Below the pieces are notes generated by a model, which ran no database searches, had not been told where the DNA came from, and saw only the letters and a program-made list of their open reading frames with translations. From an uncultured Bacteroidales bacterium (GTDB taxonomy: Bacteria; Bacteroidota; Bacteroidia; Bacteroidales; UBA932): DNA of 64,000 nt. This document shows, piece by piece, positions 9,158 through 19,028 of the stretch (position 1 is the stretch's first letter; every line of letters begins with the position of its first letter). Location of the stretch: NCBI GenBank assembly GCA_934725015.1, contig CAKVAS010000005.1, positions 123,088 to 187,087 of the forward strand. The letters are read 5' to 3'. A program made the translations under genes and the position numbers.

Positions 9158-10414
9158 ATGGAAAAGAGAGTTGTAATAACCGGAATGGGCGTAGTTTCGC
9201 CGACCGGGAATGACGTAAACACATATTGGGACAACCTGAAAAACGGCAGAAACGGAATCAAGAAACTGACGCGGTTCTCCACCGAAGACCTCCAGGCCTC
9301 GGTCGCTGGGGAAATCACAGACTTCAACCCGGCGGATTTCGGAATCGAGCCCGCGTTCACGAGAAAGCAGGACCTTTTCTCGGTCTATGCAGTGGCTGCA
9401 GCCAAGCAGGCAATGGATCAGTCCGGCCTGAACTCCGGCGAAGGCGGGAACATAGACCCGTTCAGACTCGGAGTCTATGTCGGCTCCGGAATCGGAGGCT
9501 TCCCGGCAACCTACCGTGAGGTGGAGAAGATGATTACGAACGGGCCGAGATGGATTTCTCCGCTCTATGTGCCGACAATGATTCCGAACATCGCGTCAGG
9601 GAACATAGCCATACGCCACCATGCCAACGGGCCGTGCCTGCCCATCGTGACGGCCTGCGCCACGGCGACGCACTCAATCGGAGAGGCCTACAGGGCAATA
9701 CGGCACGGCTATGCGGACGCGATCATCGCCGGCGGCACCGAATCGCCGCTCATCCCGATGGCCGTTGCGGCATTCGCCAATGCAAAGGCGCTCACCGGCT
9801 CCGACGACCCGAACTATGCCTGCCTGCCGTTCAACGCACACAGAAGCGGATTCGTGCTCGCGGAAGGAGCCGGAGTGGTGGTTCTTGAGGAATATGAGCA
9901 CGCGAAGGCAAGGGGCGCCGAAATCCTGGGAGAAATCTGCGGATACGGCAACACCTGCGACGGCTACCACATCACGGCTCCGAGGCCGGACGGACTCACG
10001 CAGTCCAAGGCCATCGGGGAGGCGCTTTCGGAAGCCGGCTACCGCGCAGGAGAGGACAGTCTCTACATCAACGCCCATGGAACGGGCACGCAGCTCAATG
10101 ACAGCTGCGAGACAAAGGCGTTCAAGATGGCTCTCGGAGAGGACGAGGCGCACCGTGCGCACATATCATCCACAAAATCAATGACAGGACATCCTCTCGG
10201 AGCTGCGGGCGGATTCGAGGCCATCGCCGCCGTCCTTGCACTCAGGGACGGCATCGTGCCGCCGACCATCAACCTCGATGCGCCGGATCCGGAATGTGAC
10301 CTTGACTACACGCCGAACGTTGCCGTAGAGGCTCCGCTCACAATAGCCATATCCGACTCATTAGGTTTCGGCGGGCATAACGCCTGCATCGCCTTCAGAC
10401 GCGAAAATGTCTAA
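9158..10414 (+). CDS. fabF: beta-ketoacyl-ACP synthase II
   Basis: MEKRVVITGMGVVSPTGNDV, active-site region PIVTACATATHSIGEA, HGTGTQLND and SMTGHPLGAAG are the classic KAS II Cys-His-His signature context. Confidence 0.95.
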   Translation: MEKRVVITGMGVVSPTGNDVNTYWDNLKNGRNGIKKLTRFSTEDLQASVAGEITDFNPADFGIEPAFTRKQDLFSVYAVAAAKQAMDQSGLNSGEGGNIDPFRLGVYVGSGIGGFPATYREVEKMITNGPRWISPLYVPTMIPNIASGNIAIRHHANGPCLPIVTACATATHSIGEAYRAIRHGYADAIIAGGTESPLIPMAVAAFANAKALTGSDDPNYACLPFNAHRSGFVLAEGAGVVVLEEYEHAKARGAEILGEICGYGNTCDGYHITAPRPDGLTQSKAIGEALSEAGYRAGEDSLYINAHGTGTQLNDSCETKAFKMALGEDEAHRAHISSTKSMTGHPLGAAGGFEAIAAVLALRDGIVPPTINLDAPDPECDLDYTPNVAVEAPLTIAISDSLGFGGHNACIAFRRENV

Positions 10415-10417
10415 AGT

Positions 10418-10505
10418 GCCCGCTTGCTGCGTTATGCTTCGTCGTCAAAATCCTCACAACCATTAGGTTGCTGCGGTTTTAACTCCTCACAAGCCTTGCA
10501 ATCGA
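10418..10505. repeat. dispersed palindromic intergenic repeat, copy B (core 10449-10476)
   Basis: aatcctcacaaccattaggttgctgcgg. Same family as copy A. Confidence 0.85.
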
Positions 10506-10536
10506 ACACTTTATACAATTTCGCTCCCAATGTTCT

Positions 10537-11067
10537 TTATATGAAAAATGTAAAATGAACATTTCCGTACTTTCGTTCTTTGACGAAATGCGGATGTGAG
10601 GTGAAGGAATATTCTGCGGGATGCTCAAGGATGAAGTAACATTCCGGATTGAGTATTCCGCAGTTCAGCACCTTGTCCGGAATGGTGTCAAGGCCTTCTA
10701 TTGCGTAGGGAGGGTCAGCGAAGATTATGTCGAACTTTTCCTTGCAGAGGGGAAGAAAGTCAAAGACATTGTGGCGCACGACGGTCAGGTTGTCGAGGCC
10801 GAACTTTGTGGCCTGCGAGCGTATAAACGAGGCGTTTGCCGGTGCCATCTCCACGGCGTAGGCCATTCCGACCCCGCGTGAGGCGAACTCCAGTGAGATA
10901 GAGCCCGCTCCGCCGAAAAGGTCAAGCACCTTCAGACCGTCAAACTCGTATTCGTTGTCAAGAATGTTGAACAGCCCCTCCTTCGCGAAATCGGTCGTGG
11001 GCCGGGCGGCATAGCCTGCGGGAAGCTCTATCGTGCGTCCCTTGAGTTTTCCTCCTATTATCCTCAT
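10537..11067 (-). CDS. rsmD: 16S rRNA (guanine966-N2)-methyltransferase
   Basis: MRIIGGKLKGRTIELPAGYAARPTTDFAKEGLFNIL, SAM motif VLDLFGGAGSISLE and DPPY. The ORF opens at 11109; I placed the start at the ATG at 11067. Confidence 0.9.
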   Translation of the reverse strand: MRIIGGKLKGRTIELPAGYAARPTTDFAKEGLFNILDNEYEFDGLKVLDLFGGAGSISLEFASRGVGMAYAVEMAPANASFIRSQATKFGLDNLTVVRHNVFDFLPLCKEKFDIIFADPPYAIEGLDTIPDKVLNCGILNPECYFILEHPAEYSFTSHPHFVKERKYGNVHFTFFI

Positions 11068-11149
11068 GTTCAAATAATTACCCAAAAACATTAAACCCGT
11101 GACATTCATCTTAGACCAAGCTGGTCTTCATCTTTACAGAGATTCGATG

Positions 11150-11839
11150 TCAGAAAACGGTTTCCACGCTGCGGAAATAGCTGCACAGGGATATTTCCTC
11201 ATCTTCCGTCAGCGGGGTTCTGAAAAGGATGTCCGAAACGTCCGGGTTGAGCTGGAGACTCTTCATCGCGGAAAAAATCCAGTATTCGGCCGTAGTGAAG
11301 TCCGGAGCGTCAAAGACATTGCACAGGCGAAGGCTCCTGCCCTCGGCAATCACGAGATAGAGGCGCGAGTCGGCAAGCGAGGCCACAATCTTGTTATACT
11401 GCGAGATGTCGGACAGAGAGCGGAGCATATAGTAGAGTTCCGGAAGCACCTCGGCGCGCCTGCCATCCACCATGAGGACAGTGTTTCGCAAAGTTTCCGA
11501 GAGCGTCTCCCCTATTGTCGGCGACCAGAGCATCGTCGCGGCGAACTCCGGAACAGCCACGCTTAAAATGCCGTCGGCCTCCGAGATGTCCGCCACCGAG
11601 GCAAGCAGCTCACGCTCGCCGCCCCCACGGACGAACTGGGACGGGACCAAAGTCACCTTTGGGGTGAACAGTGAAATCTCCACCTCGTCATAGCGGCACT
11701 GAAGCTCGCGGGCAGTAAAAACAGACCCGGCATCCATCCATCCGGATGAATGCCTGGCCTTGTCAGATTCTGTCTGAAAGGAAAATCCGCTCAGGCCTAC
11801 CTGAACGAACATCCTGTCCCTACTCCCAGTTACCTGCAT
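11150..11839 (-). CDS. hypothetical protein (possibly DUF3822-like, judged only from remembered synteny with rsmD)
   Basis: Clean 229-aa ORF tightly linked upstream of rsmD. I recognise no motifs. An alternative start at 11812 would remove the 20-nt overlap with the upstream gene. Confidence 0.6.
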   Translation of the reverse strand: MQVTGSRDRMFVQVGLSGFSFQTESDKARHSSGWMDAGSVFTARELQCRYDEVEISLFTPKVTLVPSQFVRGGGERELLASVADISEADGILSVAVPEFAATMLWSPTIGETLSETLRNTVLMVDGRRAEVLPELYYMLRSLSDISQYNKIVASLADSRLYLVIAEGRSLRLCNVFDAPDFTTAEYWIFSAMKSLQLNPDVSDILFRTPLTEDEEISLCSYFRSVETVF

Positions 11840-12512
11840 TGTTGTTAGGTGCGGTGACGCTTCCTACCTTGAGGCCAGGATAGCGGTCTGTCTTGATTCT
11901 CTCGTCGTCGAGGTTGATTCTGAGCTGGTTGTCCATGCCATGGAGAAGAGCCTTGTACGGCATCTCCGCCTCAAAGAGAGGAACAGGAACACCTGAGACC
12001 ATCTTGACGGTAGAAGCCATCTCGACAGGCTGTCCGCCGCTGAACGGAATGACCCCGATGGTGTTGATGTTGAAGTCCGGACGGTTGTTGAAGAGCGTAT
12101 CCTTCACCGGAACCTCGTTCTCGATGGTGAACACGAGCCTCTGGCCGGTCTTGGTAAGTTCAAGCATCTGAGCAGGGGTAATCTTAGGATTCTTCTTCTT
12201 GAGAGCCTTGGTGTTGGCAACGGCAAGGGAGTCGTCCATGGAGCCCACTTTCATGATTACCTTCATCTTGCCGGTGTTGTAGAATGTCTGAAGCGTGTCG
12301 AATGTTGAGACGAACTTTCCGTTCACGCTCTTGTAGGCCACCTGAAGATCACGGATGTCCTTGAGCTGCTGGATGGCGACCTTCTCTCGCGCCGCCTTTT
12401 CCTTGTTGAAGTCAATCGGCTCCATGACGCTCTTGACCGTAATCACTGCGAGGAATATAATCAGCGCAGGCAGGAGAATGTAAGTCAATGTAATCTTAAT
12501 TGCTTTGTTCAT
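11820..12512 (-). CDS. hypothetical N-terminally membrane-anchored protein
   Basis: MNKAIKITLTYILLPALIIFLAVITV TM anchor followed by a soluble domain. No family recognised. Confidence 0.6.
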   Translation of the reverse strand: MNKAIKITLTYILLPALIIFLAVITVKSVMEPIDFNKEKAAREKVAIQQLKDIRDLQVAYKSVNGKFVSTFDTLQTFYNTGKMKVIMKVGSMDDSLAVANTKALKKKNPKITPAQMLELTKTGQRLVFTIENEVPVKDTLFNNRPDFNINTIGVIPFSGGQPVEMASTVKMVSGVPVPLFEAEMPYKALLHGMDNQLRINLDDERIKTDRYPGLKVGSVTAPNNNAGNWE

Positions 12513-12545
12513 ATTCGTGGTCTTTTATTATTTTCAAAAACTTGA

Positions 12546-12553
12546 CAAAGTTA
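12546..12553 (-). promoter_or_regulatory. candidate -7 box (TAACTTTG) for the 11820-12512 operon
   Basis: Plus strand caaagtta equals TAACTTTG on the minus strand, about 35 nt upstream of the ATG at 12512. Confidence 0.4.
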
Positions 12554-12600
12554 TAAATTAGATTTATGAATTGCAACAGGAAATCTTCAAAAAATATGTG

Positions 12601-12608
12601 TAATTTTG
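12601..12608 (+). promoter_or_regulatory. candidate -7 box (TAATTTTG) for the DHH phosphoesterase gene
   Basis: TAATTTTG matches TAnnTTTG about 70 nt upstream of the ATG at 12679. Confidence 0.4.
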
Positions 12609-12678
12609 CAATGCGAATGCCGTGCCGGGACATGGAAAAAGGAATCCGTGCCGAGTGCGGGGAAAGGTGCACAGGACA

Positions 12679-13722
12679 ATGAACACGATTACAGGAGAAA
12701 AGCTAGCGGAGCTGGACAGGCGAATCTCGGAAGCGTCGGCGGTGGCGGTTTCCACCCACGCGCATCCCGACGGGGACGCCATAGGCAGCTCGACCGCCCT
12801 CGCCCGCTACCTTATGGGTCGCGGGAAGCCCGTGCGAATCATCCTTCCCGACCCGTGCCCGGAAAATCTCGGCTTCGCGCTCGACGAGAGCCTGACACGG
12901 TGCATCGCCGACAGGAAGGACGCGGCGAAGAGGGCGCTGAAGGAATGCGACCTCCTGATAAGCATAGACTACAACAGTCCGCAGAGGACCGACGCTCTCG
13001 AAGGCGCGGTGCGGAGGTTCGGAGGATTCAGGATACTCATCGACCACCACATATCCCCGGACACGGATTTTTACGACCTCATATTCTCTGAATGCGAAGT
13101 TTCGTCGTCCTGCGAACTGCTCTACGGAATACTGCTCGGGATGCCGGACATTGACGGGAAGGCGGAAAGGCTCGGAAAGGAGGCCGGGACCGCGCTGATG
13201 CTCGGGATGACGACAGACAGCAACAACTTCGCGAACTCGACCTACCCTTCGACGCTCAAGATGGCCGGGGAGCTGATTGCCGCCGGGGTCGATAGGGACG
13301 CGCTGCTGGGGAACCTCTACAACAGGTACCGGGAAAACCGCTTCCGCTTCATGGGATATTTCCTCGGCGAGAAGATGCGCGTGATGGACAACGGGGTGGC
13401 CTACGCGGTGATGTCGGCCTCGGAAATCCATGAATACGGCATAAGGGAGGGAGAGTCCGAGGGCTTCGTGAACATTCCGCTGGGAATAGAGAAGGTGAAG
13501 ATGAGCGTCTTCGTCAAGGAGGAGGAAAGCCACGACAGGCTCAGGGTCTCGGTGCGCTCGAAGAGGGGGATCTCGGCAAACCTGTTCGCGAAGCGCTATT
13601 TCAACGGCGGCGGGCACGAGCTTGCGGCCGGAGGAAGGCTCGGGGTTCCGTCGGACATATCCGGACCCGGGGCGGCGGCCGCCTACATAGAAAGGTGCGC
13701 GAGGGAGTTTTTCGGACGGTAG
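12679..13722 (+). CDS. DHH/DHHA1 phosphoesterase (NrnA-like oligoribonuclease / pAp phosphatase)
   Basis: Motifs STHAHPDGDAIGS, IDHH and GGGHELAAGG. The ORF opens at 12622; I placed the start at MNTITGEKLAEL (12679). Confidence 0.85.
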   Translation: MNTITGEKLAELDRRISEASAVAVSTHAHPDGDAIGSSTALARYLMGRGKPVRIILPDPCPENLGFALDESLTRCIADRKDAAKRALKECDLLISIDYNSPQRTDALEGAVRRFGGFRILIDHHISPDTDFYDLIFSECEVSSSCELLYGILLGMPDIDGKAERLGKEAGTALMLGMTTDSNNFANSTYPSTLKMAGELIAAGVDRDALLGNLYNRYRENRFRFMGYFLGEKMRVMDNGVAYAVMSASEIHEYGIREGESEGFVNIPLGIEKVKMSVFVKEEESHDRLRVSVRSKRGISANLFAKRYFNGGGHELAAGGRLGVPSDISGPGAAAAYIERCAREFFGR

Positions 13723-13807
13723 GCCGTCAGGTGGGGATGCCGCCCGTGACGGAAAGACAAAGATACCGCAGAAAAAGAAGAAAGGCGACAGAAAATATGG
13801 TGAAGAA

Positions 13808-14371
13808 ATGAAGAAAAACGGGAATATACGGAAAGCGGCTGCGGTCATCGTGGCTGTCATAGTCGCGGCGGCCTGCGGGAAGCAGCAGCTGCAGACGACC
13901 TATGACAGTCAGGACAAGAAGATTGACTCGTTCATACAGAGCCAGATAAGCAGTTCAAAGGCGCTGCGGGTCTATGTCAACGAGGGGTGCAGCCGTCTCG
14001 TGATTGACGAGGGCGTCGGCGAGGACAGTCTCTCGACCTCGGGGACGGTTTCGTTCTTCTACGCCGCCTACACCTTCACCGGGAGCCTCAGCCAGAACAA
14101 TATGTTCGCGACCAATCATGAGGAAACCGCCGCGCAGAACGGCTGGGACGAGCTCGGCGGAGCGGACTTTTCCCCGGTCAAGGCAAGTCTCGCGGACGAC
14201 AAGAGTCTGGTGGATGGCCTGCGCAAGGGGCTCTTCGGCGTGAAGGAGGGGCAGGAATGCTACATTCTCTTCTCCGGAAAGCACGGGTTCGGCTCCAAGC
14301 CGATTGGCACAATTCCTGCGAACTCGGCGCTGCTCTACCATGTGTGGGTCGAAAGCATAGACAACGAATAG
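13808..14371 (+). CDS. FKBP-type peptidyl-prolyl isomerase-like lipoprotein
   Basis: Lipoprotein-type signal ending ...VIVAAAC, and a C-terminal FKBP-like segment GLRKGLFGVKEGQECYILFSGKHGFG...LLYHVWVESI. Confidence 0.65.
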   Translation: MKKNGNIRKAAAVIVAVIVAAACGKQQLQTTYDSQDKKIDSFIQSQISSSKALRVYVNEGCSRLVIDEGVGEDSLSTSGTVSFFYAAYTFTGSLSQNNMFATNHEETAAQNGWDELGGADFSPVKASLADDKSLVDGLRKGLFGVKEGQECYILFSGKHGFGSKPIGTIPANSALLYHVWVESIDNE

Positions 14372-14403
14372 TGAAGAATATATTATAAGGTAAGAAAAGG
14401 GAC

Positions 14404-15504
14404 ATGAAGAAGATTTCAATCATCCTGACGGCCATCATCGCCGCCGCGTTGTGCGGAAGCTGCGCAAAGACCGTCGAAAGCGGGATTTATGACGACGAGA
14501 TAAACTACCTGAAGGCCTGGCTCAAGGCCGACCATTCGGACATCGGACTGGAAATCACGCGAAACCCCGAGACGGGGATGCCGGAAACCCTGGGACGCGG
14601 AGTCTATCTGCTCTCCGAAAAGGAGGGCACAGGAGAGACCGCGGCCGAGAAAGGCGACTATGTTACGCTCAGCTACATCGTCACAGACATGAACGGGACG
14701 ATTTCCTCCAGCACGGACAAGGAGACGGCGGTGAAGCTCGGAACATACGACAAGACATATTTCTACGGCCCCAAGGTCGTCTCTATCGCCGGGGGCGCGA
14801 ACTACGCCGGGGTAATCGACGCGGTCGCGGGCATGAAGGTCGGCGGCGAGAGGACCGTGTTCATTCCCAAATGGCTGATGAGCACAAAGGACAGCGATTC
14901 CGAAGAGGACTATCTCGCAAGTTCGACGACCGCGTCCAACGCGATTTACAGAATAAAACTCACCGGAATCATCGAGGACATCGAGAAATATCAGATTGAC
15001 GAAATAGAGACATACCTCAAGGACAATGTGGTCGGGAAGCTCAGGCTCGACAACGGGGAGTTCGCGACGATGCCCGACACAACAAAGACAATCGGCGCGT
15101 GCAGGGGATTCTACTTCATCCCCGTCACCGACACCACCGGGCACATGACCTTCCCGTCCGACACCACAGTCACCATCAACTACACCGGACGCAGGCTGGA
15201 CGGGCAGGCGTTTGACACCACCGTCGAGAAAACTGCGAAGGACAACGGAATATATTCATCATCAACCACCTACGAGACAAAGTCAATCTCATGGAGCGAC
15301 AGCTTCAGCGGCCTTAAGATGAGCAGCAGCTCGCTGATTTCCGGCTTCAGCAAGACCCTCTGGCAGATGAACTCCGGCAGGGGAATCGGAATCTTCTGGT
15401 CGGACCTCGGCTACGGCAGCTCCGGCAGCGGGAGCCTCATCCCGGGCTATGCGCCGCTCATTTTCGAGATTGAAATCATCAGCGAAGAGGAGGAGGACGA
15501 ATAA
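14404..15504 (+). CDS. FKBP-type peptidyl-prolyl isomerase lipoprotein (two FKBP-like modules)
   Basis: Signal ILTAIIAAALCGSC. Modules GDYVTLSYIVTDMNG...GMKVGGERTVFIP and VTINYTGRRLDGQAFDTT...PLIFEIEII. Confidence 0.7.
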   Translation: MKKISIILTAIIAAALCGSCAKTVESGIYDDEINYLKAWLKADHSDIGLEITRNPETGMPETLGRGVYLLSEKEGTGETAAEKGDYVTLSYIVTDMNGTISSSTDKETAVKLGTYDKTYFYGPKVVSIAGGANYAGVIDAVAGMKVGGERTVFIPKWLMSTKDSDSEEDYLASSTTASNAIYRIKLTGIIEDIEKYQIDEIETYLKDNVVGKLRLDNGEFATMPDTTKTIGACRGFYFIPVTDTTGHMTFPSDTTVTINYTGRRLDGQAFDTTVEKTAKDNGIYSSSTTYETKSISWSDSFSGLKMSSSSLISGFSKTLWQMNSGRGIGIFWSDLGYGSSGSGSLIPGYAPLIFEIEIISEEEEDE

Positions 15505-16895
15505 TGGCCGAAATCAAATCTGCACCGACGGAATTAGGCACTGAGAAAATCTGGAAACTCATACAAAGCTACGCGCTCCCGGCAATCATCGCGATGACGG
15601 CCTCTTCGCTGTACAACATGGTCGATAGCGTCTTCGTGGGACAGGGCGTGGGGGCTCTTGCCATTTCCGGGCTCGCGGTGACATTCCCCCTGATGAACCT
15701 CTCGACCGCGTTCGGAACGCTCGTGGGAGTGGGAGGCGCGACGATTCTCTCCATTCTGCTGGGACAGAAGAACTACGAGGCGTCGCGGAAGGTTCTCGGC
15801 AACATCGTGACCCTCAACATAATAATAGGATTTCTCTTCGCGGTCATAGCCCTCGCGTTCCTCGACCCGATTCTCCATTTCTTCGGAGCCAGCGACAACA
15901 CGATAGGCTATGCGAAGGAATATATGGAAATCATCCTCTACGGGAACATAATCTCTCATGTCTATTTCGGACTCAACGGGGCGATGAGGGCTTCCGGAAG
16001 CCCTAAGATGGCGATGGGACTGACGATTTTCACCGTGCTCTTCAACACGGCGCTCGACCCTGTCATGATTTTCGGAATGAACATGGGAATACGCGGGGCC
16101 GCATGGGCGACCGTAATCTCGCAGTTCATCGCGATGATTCTCGCGATTCTACATTTTACCAGAAAGGACAGGACGGTACGTTTCGAGAAGGGCATACTCA
16201 GGCTTGACGTCAGGGTGGCCAAGGACTCGCTTGAAATCGGCTTCGGGCCGTTCCTGATGAACACCGCCGCCTGCATAGTGTCGCTCTTCATAAACCAGCA
16301 GATGGGAAAGTACGCCGGGGATCTCGGAATCGGAGCCTACGGGATATGCAACAGGCTGACCTTCATGTTTGTGATGATATGCATGGGACTGAACCAGGGA
16401 ATGCAGCCTATCGCCGGCTACAACTACGGGGCAAGGAAATACAGCCGTGTAAGGGAGGTCTATTTCAAGACGGCCGCGCTCGCCACGATAGTTTCCGTGC
16501 TGTGCTTTGTCGTCTGCGTGGGAATGCCGAGACTCGCCTGCTCAGTCTTCACGCATGACCCGGCTCTGCTCGACCTGTCGTCTCACGGGCTGCGGATAAT
16601 GAACATGATGTTCCCTGTCGTGGGATTCCAGATGGTGGGGACGAACCTCTTCCAGTGTCTCGGCATGGTGAAGAAGTCAATTTTCCTGTCGCTCACGAGA
16701 CAGCTGCTCTGCCTTGTGCCGGCGCTCTACACCCTGCCGCTCTTTTTGGAAGCCGACGGCGTCTGGTGGAGCTTCCCTATTTCCGATACGGTCGCGAGCA
16801 TTCTCACGGCCATCCTTCTGGGAAGCCTCTTCAGGAAGTTCTCCAGGCTTAATGACGGCGACGACCCTGTAGGGCTCGGCGGAGCGGTCAAATAA
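15504..16895 (+). CDS. MATE family efflux transporter
   Basis: About 12 hydrophobic segments and a MATE-type N-terminus IWKLIQSYALPAIIAMTASSLYNMVDSVFVGQGVG. Its ATG overlaps the upstream TAA by 1 nt. Confidence 0.85.
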   Translation: MAEIKSAPTELGTEKIWKLIQSYALPAIIAMTASSLYNMVDSVFVGQGVGALAISGLAVTFPLMNLSTAFGTLVGVGGATILSILLGQKNYEASRKVLGNIVTLNIIIGFLFAVIALAFLDPILHFFGASDNTIGYAKEYMEIILYGNIISHVYFGLNGAMRASGSPKMAMGLTIFTVLFNTALDPVMIFGMNMGIRGAAWATVISQFIAMILAILHFTRKDRTVRFEKGILRLDVRVAKDSLEIGFGPFLMNTAACIVSLFINQQMGKYAGDLGIGAYGICNRLTFMFVMICMGLNQGMQPIAGYNYGARKYSRVREVYFKTAALATIVSVLCFVVCVGMPRLACSVFTHDPALLDLSSHGLRIMNMMFPVVGFQMVGTNLFQCLGMVKKSIFLSLTRQLLCLVPALYTLPLFLEADGVWWSFPISDTVASILTAILLGSLFRKFSRLNDGDDPVGLGGAVK

Positions 16896-16932
16896 AGTCA
16901 AGGTTGTTGCCCGCCTATAAAAATCAAACGGA

Positions 16933-17541
16933 ATGAAAAAGATAATAATAAACATAGGACGTCAGTTCGGCAGCGGCGGAAAGGCTGTGGCCGACAAAAT
17001 CGGCGAGATTCTCGGGATTCCGGTCTATGACCACGAGCTGCTTACCAAGGCCGCGCAGGACTTCGGATTCACAGAGGAGCTGTTCAGGGACAGGGACGAG
17101 AAGAAGCGCAGCCTCACGCTGTCCTCCGTCTTTTCGTCAAGCCTCTTCGGCGGCGGCTCCTACCTCACGGACGACAACACGCTGTTCAAGATGCAGGCAC
17201 AGACCATCAGGAACATCGCTGAGAAAGGGTCGGCGGTGATTGTGGGAAGGGCGGCGGACTACATTCTCCGCGACATGGACTGCTGCCTCGACGTATTCCT
17301 CACATCGCCGCTTTCAGTGCGCGCGAAAAGAGTCTCCGAAAGGATGGGGATGCCGCTTGAGAAGGCGCAGGACTTCATTGTCAAGAAGGAAAAGGAACGG
17401 GAAGACTTCTACAACTGCTTCACTTTCGGCAACTGGGGCGTCGCATCGACCTACGATTTGTGCGTTGATACTTCGCTGCTTGGAGTGGATGGAACGGCGG
17501 GATTCATAATCGAGTTTGCAAAACTGTCCTCAAAGATTTGA
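16933..17541 (+). CDS. cytidylate kinase-like family protein
   Basis: IINIGRQFGSGGKAVADKIGEILGIPVYDHELL is typical of the Cytidylate_kin2-type family. Confidence 0.7.
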   Translation: MKKIIINIGRQFGSGGKAVADKIGEILGIPVYDHELLTKAAQDFGFTEELFRDRDEKKRSLTLSSVFSSSLFGGGSYLTDDNTLFKMQAQTIRNIAEKGSAVIVGRAADYILRDMDCCLDVFLTSPLSVRAKRVSERMGMPLEKAQDFIVKKEKEREDFYNCFTFGNWGVASTYDLCVDTSLLGVDGTAGFIIEFAKLSSKI

Positions 17542-17630
17542 ATGTCTTTTTGGTTCATTGTTTTCTCAAAAATCTGATTCAAATCTCGTGGTGACTTATT
17601 TTTGAAAATTTCTCAACTGATAATAGCGTT

Positions 17631-19025
17631 TTGGTCAAAAGAAAAAATATAATATTTTTAGTTATCGTGGCGGCGGCGGTCGTCGCGGCGGTGGCGGTTC
17701 CGGCCACGAGGCTGCACGGAACGGGACAGAAGCAGACCGTGACGGAGGAGACCGAGGATACGGTGTTCCTGAACAGTGTGCTGACAAATGCGATGTCGGA
17801 AGTGGAGGCACTCGAAAAGATGGACAAAAAAGTCGAACGGTATATGCAGTACTGGCACATCCACGGGGCGCAGCTTGCGGTGATGCGCAGCGATTCCCTG
17901 CTCTACTGCAAGGGCTACGGCATTGCCGACGACAGCCTCTGCCTGTTCTGCGACAGGGACTCCACGGACGGATGCAGAAGGACCGGGGTGTCGGTCGGGA
18001 TGACCCCTGGACACATCATGAGAGTGGCGTCCGTCTCCAAGCTCATCACCGCAGCCGGCATCATGAAGCTTCAGGAAGAAGGGCTTCTGCACCTGTCGGA
18101 CACGGTGTTCGGCCCGCACGGAATACTCCGGGACTCGCTTTATACCGAGGCCATCAGCAACATGAACGACTACTCGAAGATTACAGTCGAGCACCTTCTG
18201 CGCCATCAGGCCGGATTCCGCCGAGACCCTGTTTTCTCCGCGAACGACGTGCGCAGGCAGATGGGACTGGACAGGTGTCCTGAACTTGACGACTACTCGC
18301 GGCTGGTTCTTTCCCGCAGGCTAAGATACGAGCCGGGAGGCTCGCAGACCTATTCGAACTACGGGTATATGCTGCTGTCGAGGATAATAGAGACCGTCTC
18401 CGGGATGGGCTACGAGGATTTCATCCAGACAAAGGTGCTGCATCCGGCCGGATGCTGGGATATGCACATAGCCGGGAACTACTATCGGGACAAGCGCCCG
18501 AACGAGGTGCGCTATTTCGTGCACGAGGGCGACGGAAAGCAGGTTCAGGAATACAACGGGAGCGGACGCATGGTCGAGAGGTGCTACGGCGGGAACGACA
18601 TCAATCTCCTGAGCGGAGCAGGGGCGTGGGTATGCTCCGCGGCAGAGCTTGCAAGGTTCGTGGCCTCGATTGACGGGGTGCCGGAGTCGGTTCCTGACGT
18701 GCTCGACGAGGAAAGCGTCGGACAGATGACGGAATACATCGACTCGAACACCTATTCCCTCGGCTGGAACGACACCAACCCGCGCAAGGGATGGGTCCGC
18801 ACGGGAACGCTTGCGGGCACGAACGCAGTCATCAAGTATTTTCCGGACGGGGAATGTTGGATCTGGCTCACGAACACGAGCACATGGAAGGGGCCGAGCC
18901 ACCTGAGATACACCGCGACGCTCTTCGACCAGCTCCGCCGCGACTACTCCGCCAAACTTCCCACCCAAAACCTGTTCGCCCCGCAAATGGACAGGCACAA
19001 AGATTCCTCGCTTCGCTCGGAATGA
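17631..19025 (+). CDS. serine hydrolase, beta-lactamase/PBP class-C-like family
   Basis: N-terminal TM/signal segment, SxxK motif ASVSKLITA and YxN motif YSNYGY. The last 8 codons (KDSSLRSE) are supplied by a repeat element. Confidence 0.85.
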   Translation: MVKRKNIIFLVIVAAAVVAAVAVPATRLHGTGQKQTVTEETEDTVFLNSVLTNAMSEVEALEKMDKKVERYMQYWHIHGAQLAVMRSDSLLYCKGYGIADDSLCLFCDRDSTDGCRRTGVSVGMTPGHIMRVASVSKLITAAGIMKLQEEGLLHLSDTVFGPHGILRDSLYTEAISNMNDYSKITVEHLLRHQAGFRRDPVFSANDVRRQMGLDRCPELDDYSRLVLSRRLRYEPGGSQTYSNYGYMLLSRIIETVSGMGYEDFIQTKVLHPAGCWDMHIAGNYYRDKRPNEVRYFVHEGDGKQVQEYNGSGRMVERCYGGNDINLLSGAGAWVCSAAELARFVASIDGVPESVPDVLDEESVGQMTEYIDSNTYSLGWNDTNPRKGWVRTGTLAGTNAVIKYFPDGECWIWLTNTSTWKGPSHLRYTATLFDQLRRDYSAKLPTQNLFAPQMDRHKDSSLRSE

Positions 19026-19026
19026 C
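19001..19026. repeat. half-copy of the gtcatt(c/t)cga...gaggaatctt palindromic repeat family
   Basis: agattcctcgcttcgctcggaatgac aligns to 6266-6304 of the ladder (aagatttctcacttc...gctcgaaatgac). Confidence 0.7.
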
Positions 19027-19028
19027 AG

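Noticed and set aside
17542-17630. Short similarity between 17556-17610 and 25795-25835 (tcaaaaatct.at.caaatc...ttattt) as a regulatory motif or small RNA
   Set aside because: There are only two loose copies, both AT-rich with many mismatches and no convincing secondary structure. This is insufficient support.
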